Shown in pieces: positions 56,821-64,000 of a stretch of 64,000 nt of DNA (positions within the stretch are counted from its first letter, which is position 1; each line of letters begins with the position of its first letter). The position numbers were made by a program, and so were the translations under genes. This stretch comes from Bryobacterales bacterium (GTDB lineage: Bacteria; Acidobacteriota; Terriglobia; Bryobacterales; Bryobacteraceae): positions 20,140-84,139 of the forward strand of contig CAWAVY010000001.1 of NCBI GenBank assembly GCA_963785595.1. The letters are read 5' to 3'. A model generated the notes under the pieces. It ran no database searches. It worked only from the letters and a program-made list of their open reading frames with translations, and was not told the origin of the DNA.

Positions 56821-57288
56821 TCAGCCCCCTGTCACAAATGCCATCGCCGCGCCCAGTACTTTCTTTCCGTCTTCGGCTAGATCGCCATCACGCAGCAGCT
56901 TAATTGGCACTTGGTCGTCGAGCTCTGGATTCAGTCCAACGAGCCAGGCCTTTACAACGGCCGAACTGTCCACGCTGGACAAAAATACGGCCACGCGATA
57001 CGCCAAACGAAGACGGTACTCAACATCCCGCTGAGGAATTACCCCGCTGAGCCACCGGTCAATGGCCCTGGCGTCTTTAACAGACGCAATATATGCTGTC
57101 AGCCTGCGCCCAATGATTGAGACCAGCGTCTCTACCACTTCAGGAAATGTCGCCGAAGTCGCTCGTTGGTGAGCGCCTCGTTGCTGAACGCTGACGTCCA
57201 AACGCTTTGTTGCCTGTCCTGCTTCCATTGGATCTTTCCCTGGCTTGAGTATACCATCAAAATTACTCGCTTGTGACATGTAAATCAC
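56821..57288 (-). CDS. Xre/MbcA/ParS-type antitoxin (DUF2384-like) cognate to the downstream RES gene
   Basis: 155 aa, ending 30 bp upstream of the RES gene. The C-terminus AWLVGLNPELDDQVPIKLLRDGDLAEDGKKVLGAAMAF fits the DUF2384 pattern. Confidence 0.65.
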   Translation of the reverse strand: MIYMSQASNFDGILKPGKDPMEAGQATKRLDVSVQQRGAHQRATSATFPEVVETLVSIIGRRLTAYIASVKDARAIDRWLSGVIPQRDVEYRLRLAYRVAVFLSSVDSSAVVKAWLVGLNPELDDQVPIKLLRDGDLAEDGKKVLGAAMAFVTGG

Positions 57289-57548
57289 GCTTTGTCCTCT
57301 CTAGTCACGTATCGGGCGAAAGTTGACGGTTCTAGTCGTTTTGAACCGAACCGCCACTCGTGCTTTCGCACACCTACCGCTCAACTTTAGGGGAGTACCG
57401 GGGGAATCGATCAGGGTTATGATCGACGAGACGCCACTAAACCCTTAGATATCAAGTGCTAAGAGACCTTCCATCTTTTTTCGTGAGCTTGTGACTCGAA
57501 ACTGGGTGGTCGTCCGTTATAGGAAAAATCCTACGGCGCTCTCTGTTC

Positions 57549-60350
57549 CTAGGGCCTAATTTCGTAGTCTGGCCAGCAGTTGTCACTGACATCCCCGGCC
57601 CAGCGTTTCCAGTCGTCTCCAAAAATCAACAATCCGCCCGCCGGTCCACTTTGGGCTGCCGCGAACTTCGGATCGAGAATCTTGGCAATCTGATCGCGAA
57701 CTCCATTCAGATGCGCGCGAGTTTCTCGATCTGCCGCCCGCGAAAGCGAGAGGTCGATGGAATGGCTCAATAAGCGGAGTTCCTCTCGATAGAACGGCTT
57801 TTCATCTCCGCTCGAGGCGAAAAACGACACTGGAAATCCCGCAGGCAGGCCAGCCGGCAAGGTTATAGGAGATCCATTTATCTTCGCGTTCGCTAAATCC
57901 AGATACCCGCGCTGCAACTGCCGGCGATAGGCGTCGATGCTAACCCTCGGTTCTTCCACTTCATGCCATACGGCCCGCCGCACCGCAGCCAGAAAGTCGG
58001 CCGGCGAATAGGCCGACTGTCCGTCAAGCGCTTGTTGCTCAACCAATCTCGCAAAGCGCGGGCTGCTCAGTAAGTTGTTCAGCACCGAGCGTTGGGCGTT
58101 CCCCACCCTGCTGATGGCTCCCGAGGGTTCAATCCGGCGCAAAATATCTTTGTCGATGGCCCACTTCGGTGTGGCGAAAGCGTTCTCATCCAAGAAAGCG
58201 ACAGCGGCCGACTGACGTTTCTTCGTTACAGGCGTGAAGATCACACCATTTTGTCCGATATTCTTCTGCTGCGATTCGAAGCCGCCTACAATCGCCGCCA
58301 CGTGATTCATCTCCAGCGTCCACTGACCCAGCATGCGCCCATACAGTTCGGATAAATCGTCGTATGGCTCCCCAATCTTCGTGGTGGTGGCGGCCAGCAT
58401 CATCTTGGCGACGCGTTGCAGGTTCTTCACCCCGAGAGCGGTTGATTGAATGGCGTCAGCATCGCCTACGGCTTCTGTTAACTCCCCAGGATCGGAGCCG
58501 CCGGCCCCCTGCGTTGAAAACCGCAGCCACGGTGTTTTGTCTTGTTCGCGCGCCCACTCATCGAGCGTGTTCTTTTCGCTGTCGGGAGTATCGCCGGCTA
58601 TCGGCTTGTATCCCCAACGCGTGGCCCATATGTCATAAGGCCCCACCGAAGGCACCAAATCTTCAACCGGGATGCCGTCTTCCGGTTGGGCAACGTAATT
58701 AAATCGCGAATAATCCATGATCGACGGCGTGTGCCCCATCTTCTTCAGCCACTCTTTATCCCGAACTTTTTCTTGCGGGTAAAGGGAACTCGATTTCATG
58801 TTGTGTTGGAAGCCCAACGTGTGACCAACTTCGTGCGCACATACAAATTCGATTAAGCGTCCCATCAAATCGTCCGGCAAAGGCAGCTTGTTCGCGCGCG
58901 GATCGAGCGGACCCACTTGCAGGAAATACCAATCGCGCTGCAGGTTCATGACGTTGTGAAAGAACCGAATGTCCGCATTCAAAATTTCGCCGGTTCGCGG
59001 ATCCGCGATATGCGGACCGTAGGCATTCTCAATCGTGGAAGGCAGCCACCGGATGACGGAATAACGAACATCCTCCGGACTGAAACTCGGGTCCTGTTCG
59101 GGAGTGGGGGCCATCTTGGCAATAATCGCGTTCTTGAAACCTGCCGCTTCAAAGGCTTTCTGCCAGCTCTCAACACCGAGTTTCATGTACGGAACCCATT
59201 TCTCCGGCGTAGCCGCGTCAATGTAATAGACAATCGGCTTCACAGGCTCGGAGAGTTCAGCCGAAGGATCTTTCTTCTCTAAACGCCAGCGGGTGATGTA
59301 AGTGCGCTTTGGCGCGCGCTGCTCATCGCGTCCGAAATCCATCTGCTGCACTGAAAAATAGCCGACGCGCGGATCGAACAAGCGAGGCATCATGGGATGC
59401 TCGGGAAGCTTTACCATGCTGTGATGCAATACCACTGTGGCGCTGCCTGGATGCATCCCGCCCGCTAAGAAAGGATTTGGAACGGAAGAACCTTGCAGCC
59501 CCGGAGGCGTTGGCATCCGCGTGTAAGTCAAAGTAGCCTCCACTTCAATGTTTTCCGGATACGGGGAAATTCGTTCAATGTAAGACCGCGACGAATCCAT
59601 CATAGTCGCGTTCAAGCGCTGCTTGGCGCTCAATTCGAACACATCGCTCGTGAACAGCCGGGTGACTTCAATAATGATCGATGGCTCCTTGCCGGTTTCT
59701 TTGTACTCGCGTTTTTCGGCGCGCGCCTTTGGCGCCGTGGCTTTGGCGGCTGCCTCCTTTGCCGCGTCGGGTTTCGGAACATCCTTCGCCGGCACGGCCG
59801 CGTCCTCATCGGCTTCTTCGTCTTTGCCCTGCGGCTTTGTTGTAACGCCCTTCTCTTTGCCAAAAGCGGCAATCGGGAAGCTCATGATGATGGTGTCGTT
59901 ATTCGCCGCTTTCACGGCCATTGAGATGGGTGTCTTCGAATCCGCCACCACATCGTAATTCACTTCTCGAAGGTTGATCTTGTTCCCATTTCGTTCCCAG
60001 CGCACCACTCTCTCAGCCAGTTCGTCCCCGCCATAGCCGGCGCCCGCAGTGGTTCGCGCCACTTGCGTTACCAGCAGGAATTCACGATTCAACTCCGTCT
60101 TTGGAATCTCGTAGTAATATTTCTCTTTCACTTCGTGGACAGTAAAGAGTCCCGCTTTTGACTTGGCGTCTTTGGTGATGACCTTGTCGTACGCTTGTGG
60201 TCCTTGACTCGACCCCACCCCTGGCAACCGGTCGAGAGAGCCGCTGGGGGTGGAACCCGCCACCGGGAGAACCGGCGTCGGCTCTTGCGCTCGTAGGAAC
60301 AGGAAAGAGATTACAAAGACAGCGAAAAGGTTGAAGGTTGTCCGCATCAA
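57549..60350 (-). CDS. Large secreted zinc metalloprotease (HExxH; DUF5117/DUF4953-type)
   Basis: 933 aa with a signal peptide. The zinc site is CAHEVGHTLGFQHN. Confidence 0.85.
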   Translation of the reverse strand: MMRTTFNLFAVFVISFLFLRAQEPTPVLPVAGSTPSGSLDRLPGVGSSQGPQAYDKVITKDAKSKAGLFTVHEVKEKYYYEIPKTELNREFLLVTQVARTTAGAGYGGDELAERVVRWERNGNKINLREVNYDVVADSKTPISMAVKAANNDTIIMSFPIAAFGKEKGVTTKPQGKDEEADEDAAVPAKDVPKPDAAKEAAAKATAPKARAEKREYKETGKEPSIIIEVTRLFTSDVFELSAKQRLNATMMDSSRSYIERISPYPENIEVEATLTYTRMPTPPGLQGSSVPNPFLAGGMHPGSATVVLHHSMVKLPEHPMMPRLFDPRVGYFSVQQMDFGRDEQRAPKRTYITRWRLEKKDPSAELSEPVKPIVYYIDAATPEKWVPYMKLGVESWQKAFEAAGFKNAIIAKMAPTPEQDPSFSPEDVRYSVIRWLPSTIENAYGPHIADPRTGEILNADIRFFHNVMNLQRDWYFLQVGPLDPRANKLPLPDDLMGRLIEFVCAHEVGHTLGFQHNMKSSSLYPQEKVRDKEWLKKMGHTPSIMDYSRFNYVAQPEDGIPVEDLVPSVGPYDIWATRWGYKPIAGDTPDSEKNTLDEWAREQDKTPWLRFSTQGAGGSDPGELTEAVGDADAIQSTALGVKNLQRVAKMMLAATTTKIGEPYDDLSELYGRMLGQWTLEMNHVAAIVGGFESQQKNIGQNGVIFTPVTKKRQSAAVAFLDENAFATPKWAIDKDILRRIEPSGAISRVGNAQRSVLNNLLSSPRFARLVEQQALDGQSAYSPADFLAAVRRAVWHEVEEPRVSIDAYRRQLQRGYLDLANAKINGSPITLPAGLPAGFPVSFFASSGDEKPFYREELRLLSHSIDLSLSRAADRETRAHLNGVRDQIAKILDPKFAAAQSGPAGGLLIFGDDWKRWAGDVSDNCWPDYEIRP

Positions 60351-60463
60351 AAGTCCTTACACTAGGAATGCCGCCCATTATCCCAAGTTTGAATCCACGT
60401 GGTGGCAACCCGCAAATTCAAATTCGTCTAAAACGCCAGTCGGGCAAAACGATTCCGCGACCT

Positions 60464-61843
60464 TTATTCTTCGTAAGTCTGCACGACGGTGGCGCTGAGC
60501 TTTCCGCGGCTGAGGCGAATGGATAGATCTTCGCCGGGACCGGTTTCGGACGATAAGCGGAGAGCCTGTCCTTGGGCGTTCTGTACGATAGCGTAACCGC
60601 GGCCTAAGACAGCAAGTGGGCTGAGTTGCCGCAGACGAACGTCAAGAAATTCAAACCTGCGACGAGACTGCCGCACGCGCTCGTCCATGGCGCGAACGAA
60701 GCGCTGCTGCAGCGTGTCTCGATAGTGTAGGCCGCGAGCCAGACGCAGGCGAAGATCGTTGGCCTGCAGGCGCTGGCCGGCGTCGGCGACACGTTTGGCG
60801 CGAGTTTCCAGGAGGAGACGCATGCCGCGGCGCAGAACAAAATCCAACTCGTCCAGGCCTTGCGAGCGGCGGGCGATGGCGCGGTGCATCAAGGTGGCGG
60901 CGCGGTCGATGCCTCGTTCGTGCAGTGCGCGCGTGCCCATTGCCAGACGGTAGCGGAGGGCTTGGAGCATCTTAGTGTTATAGGTGGCGAATTGTTCGAG
61001 AAGGCTATCGCGCGTGCAGATGACGAGTTCGGCGGCGGCGGAGGGAGTGGGGGCCCGCAGGTCGGCGACGAAATCGGCAATGGTGAAATCAGTTTCATGG
61101 CCGATGGCCGACACGACCGGCACTTGCGAGCCGGCGATGGCGCGGGCGACGGCTTCCTCGTTGAAAGTCCACAAGTCTTCCAGCGAGCCGCCGCCGCGCG
61201 CAAGGATAACAACATCGGCCCAAGCTTGCCGGCTAAAGAAGTCCAAACCGGCGCAGATTTGTTCGATGGCTCCTTCGCCCTGGACGAGGGCCGGGAAGAT
61301 GCGGGTGTGCAGGCCGGGGAAACGGCGGTCGAGGATTTGCAGAATATCGCGGATGGCGGCGCCGCTGGTGGAGGTGACGATGCCGAGGCGGCGCGGTAGG
61401 GCGGGGAGGGGACGTTTGCGTTCCGGGGCGAAGAGCCCCTCGGCGGCCAGTTTCCTTTTCAGTTGCTCGAAGGCTAATTGCAGAGCGCCTGCGCCTTGGG
61501 GTTCGAGCAGTTCGACGATGAGTTGGTACTCGCCGCGCGCTTCATAGACTTCGAGGTTGCCGCGCGCTAAGACGCGGAGGCCATCTTGCGGACGGAATTT
61601 GATAAAGCGGGCCGCGCCTTTGAATAAAACGCATTTTAACTGGCTTTGAGCGTCTTTGAGGGAAAAGTAGTAATGACCGCTCGCGGCGGGACGGCAGTTG
61701 GAAATTTCGCCTTGGATCCAAACGGCGCGGAAGCTGCCTTCAAACAAAGCCTGCACTGCGGCGTTTAGCTCGCTAACAGCGTAAATGCGGCGCTCCAAAC
61801 TGAACGAGAGAGTGAGCTGGCCGGATTCAAGGGGCTGGGGCAT
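60464..61843 (-). CDS. xseA: Exodeoxyribonuclease VII large subunit
   Basis: It has an OB-fold N-terminus (VWIQGEISNC...SGHYYFSLKD), a catalytic core (GIVTSTSGAAIRD, RGGGSLEDLW, SAIGHETD) and a coiled C-terminus. The start at ATG 61843 avoids overlap with glnA. Confidence 0.9.
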   Translation of the reverse strand: MPQPLESGQLTLSFSLERRIYAVSELNAAVQALFEGSFRAVWIQGEISNCRPAASGHYYFSLKDAQSQLKCVLFKGAARFIKFRPQDGLRVLARGNLEVYEARGEYQLIVELLEPQGAGALQLAFEQLKRKLAAEGLFAPERKRPLPALPRRLGIVTSTSGAAIRDILQILDRRFPGLHTRIFPALVQGEGAIEQICAGLDFFSRQAWADVVILARGGGSLEDLWTFNEEAVARAIAGSQVPVVSAIGHETDFTIADFVADLRAPTPSAAAELVICTRDSLLEQFATYNTKMLQALRYRLAMGTRALHERGIDRAATLMHRAIARRSQGLDELDFVLRRGMRLLLETRAKRVADAGQRLQANDLRLRLARGLHYRDTLQQRFVRAMDERVRQSRRRFEFLDVRLRQLSPLAVLGRGYAIVQNAQGQALRLSSETGPGEDLSIRLSRGKLSATVVQTYEE

Positions 61844-61965
61844 CGCCGTCACTTTATGGTGGCACGCGAGGGGGCCACGCGCGAGAGAAGATTCCCAGAC
61901 GTGCGGTATGCTAACGTTTTCGGAGCGCAAAGAATGGCCAACGTTCGTCCGTTCCTGGAGTTTGT

Positions 61966-63375
61966 ATGACAGCGCAAGAAGCTCTTGAGTTTGCAAAAAA
62001 GAATGACGCCCGGCAGATCGATCTGCGCTTCACAGATCTTCCGGGATTGAGTCACCACATCTCTTATCCCATCGCCATGCTGGATGAGGGGGCTTTTGAA
62101 GACGGTTTCGGGATTGACGGTTCGAGCATACGCGGCTGGGCCGCGATCAACGAAAGCGACATGCTGATCATTCCCGATCCAGGCACCGCGTTCATGGATC
62201 CCTTTGCGGAAACGCGCACGCTGGTGATGGCAGGCGATATTATCGATCCAATAACACGCCAGCATTACGACCGCGATCCACGCTGGATTGCCAAGAAGGC
62301 CGAGCTGTATTTGAAAAACAGCGGCCTCGCCGACACGGCGTATTTTGGCGCGGAGGCCGAGTTCTTTGTTTTCGACAATATCCGCTTCGACCAGAACGCC
62401 TACAGCGGATTTTATTTCATCGACGCCGAAGAAGGGCGCTGGAATTCCGGACGCGAGCAGAATAACCTCGGCTATCGTCCGCGTTATAAAGAAGGCTATT
62501 TTCCGGTGCCGCCCACCGATCATTATCAGGATTTGCGTAGTGAAATGGTGGCAACCATGATTGAATGCGGGCTCACCATCGAATGCCACCACCACGAAGT
62601 CGCAACCGGCGGGCAGTGTGAAATCGATCAAAAGTTCGACACTCTCGTAAAATCGGCCGACAACATGATGGTTTACAAATACATCGTGCGCAACACAGCC
62701 TACCAATACGGTAAGACGGTGACTTTTATGCCCAAACCGTTATTCGGAGACAACGGCAGCGGGATGCACACGCATCAAAGCCTGTGGGCGGACGGAAAGC
62801 CGCTTTTTGCGGGCGATACTTATGCGGGTCTCAGCCAGATGGCGCTTTGGTATATCGGTGGATTGTTGCGGCATGCCCGAGCATTATCGGCTATCATTGC
62901 GCCTACCACGAATAGTTACAAACGGCTGGTGCCTGGTTACGAAGCACCGGTGAACCTGGCGTATTCACGGCGCAATCGGTCGGCGGCCGTGCGCATTCCG
63001 ATGTATTCCAACAGCCCCAAAGCTAAACGCGTTGAGTTCCGGCCCCCCGATCCGGCATCGAATCCGTATTTAGCGTTTGCCGCGATGCTCATGGCGGGCA
63101 TGGATGGCATCATCAACAAGATGGATCCCGGCGAACCGCTGGACAAGGATATTTACGACTTATCGCCCGAGGAAATGAAGAAAGTGCCATCGATGCCGGG
63201 TTCGCTCGACGAGGCGCTAACCTGTCTTGAAGAGGATCATTCTTTCCTCACCAAGGGTGACGTTTTCTCTGAGGAACTCATCGAGACGTTTGTCGCGTAT
63301 AAACGCAAATCAGAGGCGGAAGCGGTTCGCTTGCGCCCGCATCCGTACGAGTTCGCCCTGTATTACGACATCTAG
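61966..63375 (+). CDS. glnA: Glutamine synthetase type I
   Basis: 469 aa. It has [22 protein letters not shown] and the adenylylation-loop region NLYDLPPEE-like [10 protein letters not shown]. Confidence 0.97.
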   Translation: MTAQEALEFAKKNDARQIDLRFTDLPGLSHHISYPIAMLDEGAFEDGFGIDGSSIRGWAAINESDMLIIPDPGTAFMDPFAETRTLVMAGDIIDPITRQHYDRDPRWIAKKAELYLKNSGLADTAYFGAEAEFFVFDNIRFDQNAYSGFYFIDAEEGRWNSGREQNNLGYRPRYKEGYFPVPPTDHYQDLRSEMVATMIECGLTIECHHHEVATGGQCEIDQKFDTLVKSADNMMVYKYIVRNTAYQYGKTVTFMPKPLFGDNGSGMHTHQSLWADGKPLFAGDTYAGLSQMALWYIGGLLRHARALSAIIAPTTNSYKRLVPGYEAPVNLAYSRRNRSAAVRIPMYSNSPKAKRVEFRPPDPASNPYLAFAAMLMAGMDGIINKMDPGEPLDKDIYDLSPEEMKKVPSMPGSLDEALTCLEEDHSFLTKGDVFSEELIETFVAYKRKSEAEAVRLRPHPYEFALYYDI

Positions 63376-63384
63376 ATTACGACA

Positions 63385-64000
63385 TCAGGCAGTGGGCTGA
63401 TAACTGCCCAACACGCGGTTAAACCGAGTGACTTCGCTCAGGTTGGCTAAAGCATTGGTTGCCGCTTTGTCCGCCGTTGAGCCTAGAAAATCCACGTAAA
63501 ACATATATTCCCAAGGTCGGCCCACTAATGGTCTCGATTCGATTTTAGTAAGGCTTAAATCGCGTAGCGCAAAGCAGGCCATTACCTTGAAGAGCGCTCC
63601 CGGAGAATTAACTGTGGAAAATACGACCGAAGTTTTCCAAGGCCTACCAGTGTGGCTCGCCACTTTACGCTGTTTCGTCAACAGAAAAAATCGGGTGTAA
63701 TTATGCGGGTTGTCTTCGATATTGCGTTTCAAGATTACACCGCCATAAATGCGCGCCGCTGCTTCGGATGCAATGGCCGCCGCGCCGGCTAGCCGTTTTT
63801 CCTTGAGCATCTTTACGCTGCCGGCAGTGTCGTAAAAGGAGGTAGCGCTGATCGCTTTATGCAATGCAAAAAAATCGCGGCATTGATTTAGGGCCACCGG
63901 ATGAGAAAAAGCTTGTTGTACATCGCGAAATCGAGTACCAGGCATTCCGATTAACTGGTGCGAAATTCGTACGCTGGTTTCACCCCGAATTGGAAAGCCG
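63385..64000 (-). CDS. pheA: Prephenate dehydratase (C-terminal part; N-terminus outside window)
   Basis: The frame stays open to the window edge upstream of the track ATG (..GFPIRGETSVRISHQLIGMPG). It has PDT-domain motifs (SHPVALNQC, NYTRFF) and an ACT domain with TKIESRP. Confidence 0.8.
   Translation of the reverse strand, partial: GFPIRGETSVRISHQLIGMPGTRFRDVQQAFSHPVALNQCRDFFALHKAISATSFYDTAGSVKMLKEKRLAGAAAIASEAAARIYGGVILKRNIEDNPHNYTRFFLLTKQRKVASHTGRPWKTSVVFSTVNSPGALFKVMACFALRDLSLTKIESRPLVGRPWEYMFYVDFLGSTADKAATNALANLSEVTRFNRVLGSYQPTA

Noticed and set aside
61849-62706. 285-aa minus-strand ORF
   Set aside because: It is antisense to glnA, whose identity is unambiguous. Such antisense ORFs on highly conserved genes are known annotation artefacts.

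Overview
This 64-kb window looks like a chromosomal segment from a moderately GC-rich soil bacterium. The gene content points to Acidobacteriota, but that is an inference and was not checked by any search: S53 and M14 peptidases, TPR/CarboxypepD_reg proteins, a PRC-like cytochrome c, an FG-GAP + GMC oxidoreductase cluster, and a dnaK-dnaJ-hspR operon. I support about 65 genes, most of them housekeeping: lysS, galU, trxB, feoAB, queD, a DinG-family helicase, dnaK/dnaJ/hspR, modA, xerC, trmFO, pyrD, xseA, glnA and pheA. I found no rRNA, tRNA, CRISPR array, IS element or prophage.

The non-core content sits in small islets:
- **Cys-rich cluster (30.0-32.3 kb, window centre):** a three-gene unit of a Cys-rich membrane-anchored protein, a secreted propeller-like protein and a membrane thioredoxin-fold protein.
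- **SLATT-like islet (17.5-18.3 kb):** an AT-rich 0.8-kb insert with a SLATT-like 2-TM gene broken by one in-frame TAG, abutted by a 45-codon ORF for a very basic peptide.
- **Repeat array (4.4-4.9 kb):** six degenerate direct repeats with a 19-bp core, in a 635-bp non-coding gap upstream of lysS.
- **Toxin-antitoxin modules:** VapBC, one intact Xre/RES pair, one Xre/RES pair whose toxin carries an early TAA, and a Doc-like remnant.

All functional calls come from reading motifs in the translations. No database search was possible.
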